DNA of 64,000 nt from the NCBI GenBank assembly GCA_040218735.1, contig JAVJQW010000046.1:160001-224000 (forward strand). Direction: 5' to 3'. The position numbers and the translations under genes were made by a program. This document shows positions 50,049 to 59,833 of this stretch, in pieces (the stretch's first letter is position 1; every line of letters begins with the position of its first letter). The notes beneath the pieces are model-generated. The model saw only the letters and a program-made list of their open reading frames with translations. It ran no database searches and was not told the DNA's origin. This DNA is from Deltaproteobacteria bacterium. GTDB taxonomy: Bacteria > Myxococcota > Kuafuiibacteriia > Kuafuiibacteriales > Kuafuiibacteriaceae.

Positions 50049-51104
50049 TCAGCCGCCGAGCCCGGCGAGGTGCGTCGGGTAGTCGTCCACGGCGATGGTC
50101 TTCGCGCCCTCGCCGTCGCACGCCTCGCCGGCGTGTTTGCCGATGATGAACGTGTTCGCTTCGTCGACGCCGGCCATACGGTACGCGCAGATGTCGGTGC
50201 TCGCGTTGCCGTAGGCGAAGTCGACGTCGAGGCCCGCGCGCTCGAGATCGAGGATCGTGTTGGCCTTGAAGTCGTCGACGTACGTCGGGAGCGCGTCGGT
50301 CACGTCCTGTACGTGGAAGAGCGGGCCGACGGGGAAGTCGCGGGTCTCGAGCCAGCGGCGGGAGATCGGCTGGAACAGGTACGGGCGGCCGGTGACGAAG
50401 ACCGGGAGGTAGCCGAGCTCGGCGTAGTGGCGGACGACGTCGTCGGCGCCTTCGTACATGTCGGCGTTTTCGTCGAGCACCTGCTCGAGGCCCCACATCC
50501 ACTGTTCCTTCGACAGCGGGGAGCCCGCGAGGTCGATCAACGTCTCGGAGGTGTTGCCGACGGTGTGCAGCACGATGCCGTCGACCGCTTCGAGGTCGTC
50601 GGTGGTGAGGGTGCCGTCGATGTCGAACACCACGGCCGGTTGGCTCGCGGGGATCGCGTACACCCACGCGGTGACCTCGGACGCGTCGCCGGCGACGGAC
50701 CATCGAACCTCGTAGCGGCCTTCGCGGTCGAGCTGCGCGCCGTCGATCGCGATCGTCGCGCGACCGTCGTCGTTCGTCACGGCGGCGCCGACGTCGAACC
50801 AGTCGCAGTCCCCTTCGAAGCGCGCCGCGGCACGGACCGTCTCGCTCTGGAGGTCCTTGCTCGTCGGGCCGTAGGCGAACTTGGCTTCCACCTCGGCGCG
50901 GCTCCCGGACCGCACGACGACGTCGTCGGCGGCGTGCACGGGCCCGCCGAGCGCGACGACCAGTCGGCTGCCGCTCTTGTCCCAGCGGCCGTCCTCGAAC
51001 TCGGGCTCGCCGCAGATCTGCGTGGTGGCCGAGGGCGCGGGTTCGAGGGCGGAGCCGCCGCAGGCGGCGGCGAGGAGGGTCACGGACGAAACGAGTCGCT
51101 TCAT
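50049..51104 (-). CDS. Lipoprotein with an LNS2 (lipin/Nir/RdgB-type) HAD domain
   Basis: Lipobox AAAC; KFAYGP, VVFDIDGTLT, FVTGRP and AYGNASTDI.AY. Confidence 0.82.
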   Translation of the reverse strand: MKRLVSSVTLLAAACGGSALEPAPSATTQICGEPEFEDGRWDKSGSRLVVALGGPVHAADDVVVRSGSRAEVEAKFAYGPTSKDLQSETVRAAARFEGDCDWFDVGAAVTNDDGRATIAIDGAQLDREGRYEVRWSVAGDASEVTAWVYAIPASQPAVVFDIDGTLTTDDLEAVDGIVLHTVGNTSETLIDLAGSPLSKEQWMWGLEQVLDENADMYEGADDVVRHYAELGYLPVFVTGRPYLFQPISRRWLETRDFPVGPLFHVQDVTDALPTYVDDFKANTILDLERAGLDVDFAYGNASTDICAYRMAGVDEANTFIIGKHAGEACDGEGAKTIAVDDYPTHLAGLGG

Positions 51105-51212
51105 TGGCGGCGCGTCATCGCAGGACACGTGCCAGCGTTTCGGGCACGCCGATGGCGTCGCGGTGTTGGCGCGCTCACGTCGAGGTGTCGCGCGTTCACC
51201 ACAAACGTGTGG

Positions 51213-51608
51213 TCAGCGGATGTCGTCGTCGGTTTGGTCCTCGCCGTCGCTCCCCTTGGAACGCAGCTCGTAGCCGCGGCGTTCGTTCCCGCCGGGTGAT
51301 TGGTAGATGTACGGCGAGCCCCACGGGTCTTCCGGGACGGACTCGATGAGTGCGGCGCCGCGGGGCGGTGATTGGAGCGCGGCGAGACCTTCGGTGGTCG
51401 ATGGGTAGCGGTAGAACTTGAGCTTGTAGAGATCGAGCGCGCTGTCGAAGTTGTCGATCTGGATCTTCGCCGCGTTCACGCGCGCATCTTCCATGGCGTT
51501 CTTCACGGTGATGCCCACGATGGTGGCGATCATGCTGAGGATCGTCACGACGACGAGGATTTCGATGAGGGTCATGCCGCGTTGATGCGGACGTCTTCTT
51601 CGTTTCAT
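51213..51608 (-). CDS. gspG: Type II secretion major pseudopilin GspG
   Basis: RGMTLIEILVV prepilin site; ALDLYKL, YPST.EGL.AL, DPWG.PY.Y and DDDI. Confidence 0.92.
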   Translation of the reverse strand: MKRRRRPHQRGMTLIEILVVVTILSMIATIVGITVKNAMEDARVNAAKIQIDNFDSALDLYKLKFYRYPSTTEGLAALQSPPRGAALIESVPEDPWGSPYIYQSPGGNERRGYELRSKGSDGEDQTDDDIR

Positions 51609-51776
51609 GGCGGCACCCCAAGAGCAGGCGCCGTGCCACTCGACATTCAGTAGAACGCGCCCGCCTCGCAAGACACGTTGACCGACGGTGCGCCACCGCG
51701 CGCGACATTCTGGCACCGCGATCATTCGCCTCGCGGCATCGTCGCCTGGCATGTCACGTGCTCATCGCGAGCCGGC

Positions 51777-52250
51777 ATGAGAAACATCGTCCTTCTGTCG
51801 GCCGTGGGAGCGGTCGCCATCGGCTACACACGAAACGAACCCCTAGACCCGCCCGCGATACGCGCGCCCTCCGCTTGCGACACCTTCACCGCTGCCGCCC
51901 AGATGATGCGCCTCGGCTACGCATCGTCGCATCCGTTCCGCGACGACGCGCAGATCCAACGCGCCAAGGCGCTCCTGTGGACGTACCCGGGAGGATGCGA
52001 GGACGCGACGTTCCACCACGTCGCGACGCGCCTCATCCTCTCCGGCGAGGGTCGCGCCACGGCGCACGACGTGCTGCGTTGGGGCCGAGCGGAGCTGTCG
52101 GCGCCGTACGTCGACGCGGTGACCTTCGAGAGCTACCGAACGCTTTTCAACCTGATGTCGGGGCGAGGGCTCCTGAACCGCATCGACTGGCGGGCCGCGA
52201 CGGATCCGCCGTTGCTGCGCGAGCAGTTCTTCGAAGCGCGCGTGCGCTGA
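51777..52250 (+). CDS. Hypothetical exported protein
   Basis: Signal-like MRNIVLLSAVGAVAIG; fills the gap in a plausible frame. Confidence 0.55.
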   Translation: MRNIVLLSAVGAVAIGYTRNEPLDPPAIRAPSACDTFTAAAQMMRLGYASSHPFRDDAQIQRAKALLWTYPGGCEDATFHHVATRLILSGEGRATAHDVLRWGRAELSAPYVDAVTFESYRTLFNLMSGRGLLNRIDWRAATDPPLLREQFFEARVR

Positions 52251-52293
52251 AGGGGCTGGCGCCCGCGCCACGGCTTCGCGACACTCGCGGCCC

Positions 52294-53277
52294 ATGGCCG
52301 TCGAAGTGATCGTGCACGAATCTGCAGCGCTGAAGGGCAACCCGCTCGGCGACGAAGCCGTGCGCAAGCTCCACCTCATCGTCCCCGACGACCTCGACCC
52401 CGCCACCCCCGTGCCCTGCGTGTGGTACCTCGCGGGCTACGCGGGGGTGGGGCGGTCGATGTTGTCGCACGACCCGTGGCAGGAGGGCCTCGAAGAGCGC
52501 CTCGTTCGTCTGCGAGAAGAGGGCCGCATCGGTCCGATGATCGTCGCGCTGCCCGACGCGTTCACGAAGCTCGGCGGGTGCCAGTACCTGTCCTCGCCCG
52601 CGGTCGGCGACTACGAGACCTACCTCCTCGAGGAGCTCCCCGTCGTCGTCGCGGACCGCTACACGATTCGCTCGCACGGCATCGCCGGGAAGTCGTCCGG
52701 CGGGTACGGCGCGATCGTGCACGCGATGCGTCGACCGGATCTCTTCGACGCCGTCGCGTGTCACTCGGGGGACATGGGCTTCGAGCTGTCGCTGATGCCG
52801 GACCTCCCGCAGCTGATGAACGCGGTGCGGGATCACGGCGGGGTGGAGAAGCTCGTCGCGTCGTTCGATCGCGCGATCAAGAAGAAGTCGGGGCGATGGT
52901 TCGGACCGCTGTCGATGCTCGCGCTGTGCGCGGTGTACAGCCCGGACGCGGCGTCGCCGCTCGGCATCGGGCTCCCGTTCGATCTCGACCGCGGGACGCT
53001 CATCCCCGAGCGCCTCGACCAGTGGCGCGCGTGGGACCCCGTGCACATGATCGACGACGCCAATCACCTCGAGGCGTTGAAGGCGATGAAGCTCGTGTTC
53101 ATCGACTGCGGCAAACGCGACGAACACGCGCTGCACTGGGGGGCGCTCGCCTTCCACCGCAAGCTGGAGGACGCCGGGGTCGAGCACGTGTACGAGACCT
53201 TCGACGACGGCCACCGCGGGACGGGGTACCGCCTGGACGAATCACTCCCTCGGCTCTACGCCGCGCTCTGCGAATGA
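52294..53277 (+). CDS. Putative esterase (Fes/IroD-like alpha/beta hydrolase)
   Basis: LKGNPLGD, GKSSGGYG, FIDCG..DE and FDDGH. Confidence 0.88.
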   Translation: MAVEVIVHESAALKGNPLGDEAVRKLHLIVPDDLDPATPVPCVWYLAGYAGVGRSMLSHDPWQEGLEERLVRLREEGRIGPMIVALPDAFTKLGGCQYLSSPAVGDYETYLLEELPVVVADRYTIRSHGIAGKSSGGYGAIVHAMRRPDLFDAVACHSGDMGFELSLMPDLPQLMNAVRDHGGVEKLVASFDRAIKKKSGRWFGPLSMLALCAVYSPDAASPLGIGLPFDLDRGTLIPERLDQWRAWDPVHMIDDANHLEALKAMKLVFIDCGKRDEHALHWGALAFHRKLEDAGVEHVYETFDDGHRGTGYRLDESLPRLYAALCE

Positions 53278-53303
53278 ACGCGGCGGCGTGGTAGCTTCGC
53301 GCC

Positions 53304-55967
53304 GTGGACGACGCGCCGCCGACCGTCGAGAGTCCGCCTCCGGCGCCGCCGGAGCCGCAGGCCGGTTTGTTGATCGGTAAACGCTGGCGGCTCGAGAGCA
53401 AGATCATCGACGGCGGCATGGGCTCGGTGTGGCGCGCGGTCGACGAGCGCCTCGACGAGCTCGCGTGCGTCAAGCTCATCAAGCCGCACCTGCTGCAAAG
53501 CCAGCTCGCGCAGGATCGCTTCACGCGCGAGGCCCGCGCGGCGTCGCGGCTGCGCGGACCGAACGTGGTGTCGATCCTCGACTTCGCGATCGATGAAGAT
53601 CTCCGCATCCCGTACATCGCGATGGAGCTGCTGCGCGGGGAGCCGCTCGGCGCGCGCCTGCAGCGTGGACCGCTCGGGCACCTCGCGACCGGGACACTGC
53701 TGAGCGACGTCTGCTCCGTCGTCAGCCGCGCGCACGAGCTGGGGATGGTCCACCGCGACCTCAAACCCGCGAACATCTTCCTCACGCCCCACGAGGACGG
53801 GTTCATCAGCACGGTGCTCGACTTCGGGATCGTGAAGGCGATCGGACCGGAGATCATCACGCTCACCGACACCAACGCGGCGGTGGGGACGCCGAACTAT
53901 ATGAGCCCGGAGCAGTTCGAAGACGCGCGCAACGTCGATCACCGCGCCGACCTGTGGGCGCTGACGATCATCGCGTACGAGTGCATGACGGGCTGCGCGG
54001 CCTACGTCGGAGACTCACCGCTGCAGCTCGCGGTGCAGATCCGAGAGAAGTCTCCCACGGCGCCGTCCGCGTACGCGAAGGTGCCGAAGGGGTTCGACGA
54101 GTGGATCCTGCGCGGGACGGCGCGGAGCATCGACGAGCGTTTTCAGTCCGCGGAGGAGCTGCTCGACAGCTTCCGCGCGCTCGGCGCTTCCGCGGTTGCG
54201 TCGCCCCCTGCCCCCAAACCGAAGGAGGCGCCCCGCACGCACTCGTGGGCGTCGGACGCCAATCAGATCGACATCGACCGCCTCGAAGAGGTGACCTTCG
54301 AGAGCACGCTGGTGCGTGAGTTCCTCGACGATCCGAACCGCTACTTCGTCTCTGGCGCGAAGGGCTGCGGCAAGACACTGCTCCTCACGCACAAACGGGC
54401 GCGGCTCCACGCGCGGTACAAGTCCGAAGGCCACGCGAAGGTGCAGTTCATCCCGGAGGGGCGACCGTACCTCGACCTGATGAGTGACCTCGGGACGCTC
54501 AGCAAGGCGAGCATCGAGCTGATGTCGAGGGTGGCGCAGACGAAGCGCCTGTGGTCGTTCGCGCTGAAGCTCTCCGCGATCTCCCACGCCGCGGACGCGA
54601 CGATCGATTCGGACGCGATCGCAAGCTGGCCTGCGCGCCTCCGCGACGTCGCCGAAGGGCGCGCGACGGAGCCGACGGTGATCGTTCGCGAGCTGCTGTC
54701 GCTCACGCCGGCGCAGCTCCACGCGACGCTCGCGCAGGCGGAGATGCCGCTCGAACACGCGGTGCGGGGCATCCACAGCGGGATGTACTTCTTCATCGAC
54801 AAGATCGATCAGGCGATGCGCGGCGTGACACGCGACGCGTGGATCGCGATGCAGGCCGGGATGGTCGAAGCCGCCTGGGACCTCGTGAACACCAACGCGC
54901 ACCTGAAGGTGTACGCGACGATCCGCGAGGAGGCGTTCTCGAGCTACGAGTCGGACATCAAGAGCAACCTGTACGGCGCCACCACGAACATCCGGTACGG
55001 CAAGCAGGACCTGCGCGCGATACTGGAGCACCTCACGGCGTTCTACGAAGGCATCCCGCTGAGGGACTTCGTCTCGGTGGACGTCGTGCACGCGCCGAGC
55101 GCCGCCCAGACCGAGGGCGCCTTCGACTTCATGCACCGGCACTCCCTCGGGCGCCCGCGCGATCTGGTGATCGTCGCGTCGGAGATCTCACGCAACCGCG
55201 GGCAGCTCGACGAGCGGCGCTTCAAGCGCGTCGTGCACGAGACGAGCGCGGGCATCATCGTTTCGAACGTGTTCGACGAGATGCGTGTGTTCCTGGAGGT
55301 CCTCGCCGACCGCGACACGCGCCGGAAGTTCTTCTCACGTCTGCCCTACAACGTGCTGACCGAGGACGATCTGATCGACGCTTGGTGCAAGTACCACGGC
55401 GTCGGGCGGGAGTATTACGACGACTACGGGAAGAGCTCCGACGACGTCTTCCACCCGTTTCGCGAGCTGTTCGACTGCGGCCTGCTCGGGTGCGTCGAGC
55501 GTGACGAGGTCGAGGGCACGCGGGTGATGGCGTTCAAGCAGCCGCACGAACCGATCGATGAGCGTCGCCGCGACATCCCCTCGTCCACGCACTACCTCCT
55601 GCACCCGACGTTCGCCGCGCTCGTGCGCCGGCTGGGGCTCGGCGACGAGTTCCGCACGATGCGGGAGATCGTCGTCGGCCACGAGCTCCCTTGGCGACCG
55701 CACTACACGATCGTCCACCGCGTGCAGCGCGAGATGTACCGGGTGAAGCGCGCGATGTCCGTCGAGGTCGAAGAGGCGGTGCTCGAGCTCCTCGCGGACT
55801 TCGGTCGCGAGGTCACGGGGGGGCGTACGTTGATCGAGGCGCAGGTCGCCCTCGGCAAGAGCGCTCCGTTCGCGCGGCTGTGCCACGAGCTCGAGCGGCT
55901 CCGGCTCGACGAGGTGCACCTCGCGTTGCTGGAGGCGTTCGGGCCCGCGGCACGAAAACACACGTGA
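53304..55967 (+). CDS. Ser/Thr protein kinase fused to a P-loop NTPase (FunZ/Sll1717-like)
   Basis: Kinase GGMG, HRDLKPAN, DFG and GTPNYMSPE. NTPase GAKGCGKT, FFIDKID and RPRDL. Confidence 0.85.
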   Translation: MDDAPPTVESPPPAPPEPQAGLLIGKRWRLESKIIDGGMGSVWRAVDERLDELACVKLIKPHLLQSQLAQDRFTREARAASRLRGPNVVSILDFAIDEDLRIPYIAMELLRGEPLGARLQRGPLGHLATGTLLSDVCSVVSRAHELGMVHRDLKPANIFLTPHEDGFISTVLDFGIVKAIGPEIITLTDTNAAVGTPNYMSPEQFEDARNVDHRADLWALTIIAYECMTGCAAYVGDSPLQLAVQIREKSPTAPSAYAKVPKGFDEWILRGTARSIDERFQSAEELLDSFRALGASAVASPPAPKPKEAPRTHSWASDANQIDIDRLEEVTFESTLVREFLDDPNRYFVSGAKGCGKTLLLTHKRARLHARYKSEGHAKVQFIPEGRPYLDLMSDLGTLSKASIELMSRVAQTKRLWSFALKLSAISHAADATIDSDAIASWPARLRDVAEGRATEPTVIVRELLSLTPAQLHATLAQAEMPLEHAVRGIHSGMYFFIDKIDQAMRGVTRDAWIAMQAGMVEAAWDLVNTNAHLKVYATIREEAFSSYESDIKSNLYGATTNIRYGKQDLRAILEHLTAFYEGIPLRDFVSVDVVHAPSAAQTEGAFDFMHRHSLGRPRDLVIVASEISRNRGQLDERRFKRVVHETSAGIIVSNVFDEMRVFLEVLADRDTRRKFFSRLPYNVLTEDDLIDAWCKYHGVGREYYDDYGKSSDDVFHPFRELFDCGLLGCVERDEVEGTRVMAFKQPHEPIDERRRDIPSSTHYLLHPTFAALVRRLGLGDEFRTMREIVVGHELPWRPHYTIVHRVQREMYRVKRAMSVEVEEAVLELLADFGREVTGGRTLIEAQVALGKSAPFARLCHELERLRLDEVHLALLEAFGPAARKHT

Positions 55968-56017
55968 CGCGGTCTACTCAGTAGACGCTTGGGTCTGACG
56001 AACGCACGTTTCGATCG

Positions 56018-56860
56018 TCAGAAAGAACGTCGGACGCGGTAGGCGCTCGCGTTGTCGAGCGTGACGTGTTCGAGCGCTTCGGTCACGCCGAGGAGCGTCT
56101 CTTGGGCGCCGATCATCAGGATGCCGTCACGCGCGAGCACCCTCGGGCAGCGCTCGACGATGCGTTTACGCGCAGAGATGTCGAAGTAGATGAGGACGTT
56201 GCGCATCAAGATCAGGTCGAACTTCTCGAGGTCCCACGGCTCGATCAGGTTGACGATCCGCGGCTCGACCCACCGCCGTAGGCTGTCACGGACCCTCAGG
56301 CCTCCGCTCTCGCGGACGAAGTAGCGACGCAGGTCGTCGGGCGGGACCCCGCGGTTCACGTCGTGGAGGGTGTAGAGCCCTTCGCGGGTGCGCTCGACCA
56401 TGGATGCGCTGATGTCGCTGGCGACGATCTTCACGTCCCAGGACATGAGGTACGGGAACACACGGTCGAGGAGCATCGCGAGGCTGTACGGCTCTTGCCC
56501 GCTCGAGCACGCGGCGCTCCAGATGCGGAGGCGCCGGACCTCCTTTCGTCGTTCGATGAGGTCGGGCAGCACTTCCTTCTCGAGTGACTTGAAGACGGCG
56601 GTGTCCCGGAAGAAGTAGCTCTCGTTCGTCGTCATCGCATCGACGATCGCCGAGATGAGGTGTCGCGAGGCGCCGCGGTCGAGGCGGTCCACGAGCTCGT
56701 CCATCGACTCGATGCCCTCCTGGTCGAGGACCGGCGCGAGGCGGTTGTCGATCAGGTAGTCCTTCGTCGGGTCGAGGACGATCGCGGACTTCTGCGCGAC
56801 GAGGCGCCGGATCACCTCGTGCGCCGAGCGCCGCGGGGTCATGGGACGACCGGGCTTCAT
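56018..56860 (-). CDS. cheR: Chemotaxis methyltransferase CheR
   Basis: TTNESYFFRD, IWSAACSSGQEPYSLAM and RNVLIYF. Confidence 0.96.
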   Translation of the reverse strand: MKPGRPMTPRRSAHEVIRRLVAQKSAIVLDPTKDYLIDNRLAPVLDQEGIESMDELVDRLDRGASRHLISAIVDAMTTNESYFFRDTAVFKSLEKEVLPDLIERRKEVRRLRIWSAACSSGQEPYSLAMLLDRVFPYLMSWDVKIVASDISASMVERTREGLYTLHDVNRGVPPDDLRRYFVRESGGLRVRDSLRRWVEPRIVNLIEPWDLEKFDLILMRNVLIYFDISARKRIVERCPRVLARDGILMIGAQETLLGVTEALEHVTLDNASAYRVRRSF

Positions 56861-57924
56861 TTCTCGGCCCCCATGGCGACGAGGCGGGGCGGTCGCGTTC
56901 GGCGGGACAGCTCGGTTGCGATCTCCAAGACCGGACGAACGCTGGTGGCGAGGCCCTGCCGCGCGACGAAGCCCGGCATGCCCCAGACGACGCTGGAGGC
57001 TTCGTCCTGAACGAGCACGGCGGCGCCCGCGCGTCGAAGCGCTCGGGCCCCCGCGAGCCCGTCGCGACCCATCCCGGTGAGCACGACGCCGAGCGACTCG
57101 GCGCCGGCGATCTGCGCGGCCGAGCGAAACAGGACGTCGACGGCGGGGCGACACGAGTTCTCGGGCGGGCCGTCGTCGAGGATGGCGCAGAATCCGGAGC
57201 CGCGACGCCCGATCTCCAGGTGCCGGTTGCCCGGTGCGATGTAGACGCAGCCGGCGCGCAGAAGCTCGCCGTCGTCGGCCTCCTTCGCGGCGAGGGCGGT
57301 GGTGTCGCGCAATCGTTCGGCGAAGATCGGCGTGAACTCCGCGGGCATGTGCACCACGACGAGGATCGGCGCCGTGAAGTCCGAGGGGAGGGCGCTGAAC
57401 AGCCGCTGCAGCGCGTCGGGGCCGCCCGTCGACGCGCCGACGACGACCAGTGATGCGGGGCCCGCGGTCTTCGGACGCGCGCGGGTGATCTCCTTAGGGA
57501 GCACGGGCGTCGGCCGCCGCGAGGCACGCGTCGTGAGCGCGCGCAGGCGCGGGATGAGGTCGTGAGCGATGATGTTCGTCGGCGACTTCGCGATGGGTTT
57601 GGCGACGAAGTCACTCGCGCCGAGCTCGAGCGCGTCGAACGTCGTCTGCATCTCTGGTCGCGTGAGCGAGCTGAACATCACGACCGGGATGCTCGAGCCG
57701 CGCAGCCTCAGCTGGCGCAGCGTCTCGAGCCCGTCCATCTCCGGCATCTGTACGTCCAGCACGATGATGTCGGGCCGGTCGATGCCGATGCGCTCGAGGG
57801 CGATGCGGCCGTTGGATGCGGTGCCGACGACCTCCATGTCGTCGTGGGCGTCGATCGAATGCACGAGCACGCGCCGGATGACGACCGAGTCGTCGACGAT
57901 CAAGACTCGAATCCGGCGCGCCAC
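56857..57924 (-). CDS. cheB: Chemotaxis response regulator methylesterase CheB
   Basis: Receiver domain plus GASTGGP, HMP, RPAVD and LTGMGRDG. Confidence 0.96.
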   Translation of the reverse strand: MARRIRVLIVDDSVVIRRVLVHSIDAHDDMEVVGTASNGRIALERIGIDRPDIIVLDVQMPEMDGLETLRQLRLRGSSIPVVMFSSLTRPEMQTTFDALELGASDFVAKPIAKSPTNIIAHDLIPRLRALTTRASRRPTPVLPKEITRARPKTAGPASLVVVGASTGGPDALQRLFSALPSDFTAPILVVVHMPAEFTPIFAERLRDTTALAAKEADDGELLRAGCVYIAPGNRHLEIGRRGSGFCAILDDGPPENSCRPAVDVLFRSAAQIAGAESLGVVLTGMGRDGLAGARALRRAGAAVLVQDEASSVVWGMPGFVARQGLATSVRPVLEIATELSRRTRPPRLVAMGAEK

Positions 57925-57949
57925 TCGGTTTACTTCCTCTCGTCGACGG

Positions 57950-59380
57950 TCAGCGGGAGGCGCGATTCACGATCTGCTGCAGCTCGCTGGAGAGCATCGT
58001 GAGGTGCGACAACGCCTTCTTGGCGCTGTCCGTCGCGCTCGACGTGCTCTGCGCGGCGCGGGCGACGGTCGTGATGTTCGAGGCGATTTCGTTCGTCCCG
58101 CGGGCCGCTTCGCCGACGCTGCGGGAGATCTCGTTGGTCGTCGCGGTCTGCTCTTCCACGGCGCTCGCGATGCTGTTCTGGATGTCGTTGATCTGGTTGA
58201 TGATGCTTTGGATCTCACCGATCGCTTCGACGGCGCTCTTCGTGTCGTTCTGAATCGCCTCGATCTTCCGGCTGATGTCTTCGGTCGCTTTGGCGGTCTC
58301 CTTGGCGAGCTCCTTCACTTCGTTCGCCACCACCGCGAACCCCTTGCCTGCGTCGCCGGCGCGCGCCGCCTCGATCGTCGCGTTGAGCGCGAGGAGGTTC
58401 GTCTGCTGGGCGATCGACGTGATGACCTTGATGACCTTGCCGATCTCCGTGCTGCTCTCGCCGAGCTTCGAGATGGTCTGGTTCGTCGTGCGGGCCATCG
58501 ACACCGCCGACGTCGCGACGCGCGCGGCGTCGGACGCGTTCTTCGCGATGTCTCGGACGCTCAGCGCCATCTCCTCCGCAGCTGTGGCTACGGTCGAGAC
58601 GTTGCGGTTCACCTGCTCCGCGGCGCTCGCCACGACGTTCGCCTGCTGGCTGGTCTCCTCCGCGCTCGAACCCATCTCGTCGCTGATGACGCTCAGCTCT
58701 TCCGAGGACCGCATCACCTGCTCCGCTGTGTTGTTCACGCGCTGCAAGTTCTGGTCGAGGTCCGACGTGAGGCGCGCGAGGCCGCGAGCGATGCGTGCGA
58801 TGACGTCGTCGCCCGACACCGGCAGCGACGCGTTCAGTCGCCCTGCGCAGGCCGCGTCGATCGCCTCGGCGATGCGAATCAGGCGATCGTCGACGACAGG
58901 TGCGGGTGCGGGCGTGGGGGTCTCGGGAGTGGCTGCGGCGGACATGGGCGGAGTTCCTTTTCGTTCCGGATCATCGGCCGGTTCGGCTTGGTCTTCAGTG
59001 GCGGCGAGGTTGTCGAGCATCGGTTCGAAACGCTCGATGATCTCGTCCGAGACGGTGCGGGCGATTCGCATCGAGTCGAGGGCGCTGCGTACGTGGTCGA
59101 GGAAGGCGTCGCGGTCTTGCTTCGCCGAGACGAGCATGGCCTTGGCCACATCCCAGCTGGCTCGATCGATCCGCTTGGGGCCGTCGAGCGCCACGCCGAG
59201 GAATCGCGCGTACGCGACCGCTCGTTCGTCTTCGCCTTCGAAGAGCTGCGCGAAGCGTTCGTCGTCGAGGAGGAGCTCCTCGAGGCGCGACGCGAGGCGC
59301 CCGACGCCCTTCTCACCACCCACGCGAGCGTAGAGCGTTCCTGGGAAGCTCTTGTTCTTTCGGGTGCGCGAGGAGGGCAT
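57950..59380 (-). CDS. Soluble methyl-accepting chemotaxis protein with an N-terminal truncated-globin-like domain
   Basis: [37 protein letters not shown]; N-terminal TLYARVGG; no TM segments. Confidence 0.9.
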   Translation of the reverse strand: MPSSRTRKNKSFPGTLYARVGGEKGVGRLASRLEELLLDDERFAQLFEGEDERAVAYARFLGVALDGPKRIDRASWDVAKAMLVSAKQDRDAFLDHVRSALDSMRIARTVSDEIIERFEPMLDNLAATEDQAEPADDPERKGTPPMSAAATPETPTPAPAPVVDDRLIRIAEAIDAACAGRLNASLPVSGDDVIARIARGLARLTSDLDQNLQRVNNTAEQVMRSSEELSVISDEMGSSAEETSQQANVVASAAEQVNRNVSTVATAAEEMALSVRDIAKNASDAARVATSAVSMARTTNQTISKLGESSTEIGKVIKVITSIAQQTNLLALNATIEAARAGDAGKGFAVVANEVKELAKETAKATEDISRKIEAIQNDTKSAVEAIGEIQSIINQINDIQNSIASAVEEQTATTNEISRSVGEAARGTNEIASNITTVARAAQSTSSATDSAKKALSHLTMLSSELQQIVNRASR

Positions 59381-59395
59381 GGGATCACGTCTTCG

Positions 59396-59833
59396 TCAGG
59401 CCGCGACGATGTCCGCGAGGACGTTCTCGGTGTCCAGGACCAGGAGGAGGCTCTTCTCCAGCTTGTACACGCCGTTGATCAGCTCACGCGTCGTGGGGTG
59501 GAGCGTTCGCGGCGTGGGCTCGAAGGTGTCTTCGCGTGCGTCGATCACGTCGCCGATCTCGTCGACGAGCAGCGAAACGGTGTCTTGCTGCATCCGGAGC
59601 ACGACGTTCATCGGCGGTCGCTCGCCCTTGCGGGGCGCCATGTCGAGTCGCATCCGGAGGTCGATCGCGGTGACGATCTGCCCACGCAGATTGATCAATC
59701 CACGCACGATCGACGGCGCGCGCGGGACCGGTGTCATCGGTTGGTAGCGCAACACTTCTTGCACACCCAGGACCGGAACGCCGAAGTGCAGGCCGTCGAC
59801 GAAGAAGGTGCAGTACTGTCGGTCGTGGTTCAT
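59396..59833 (-). CDS. cheW: Chemotaxis coupling protein CheW
   Basis: VRGLINLRGQIVTAIDLR and LLVDEIGDV. Confidence 0.96.
   Translation of the reverse strand: MNHDRQYCTFFVDGLHFGVPVLGVQEVLRYQPMTPVPRAPSIVRGLINLRGQIVTAIDLRMRLDMAPRKGERPPMNVVLRMQQDTVSLLVDEIGDVIDAREDTFEPTPRTLHPTTRELINGVYKLEKSLLLVLDTENVLADIVAA

Noticed and set aside
51752-51779. Third TGTCAC motif upstream of gene 51777
   Set aside because: It lacks GGTCT at 17-nt spacing.
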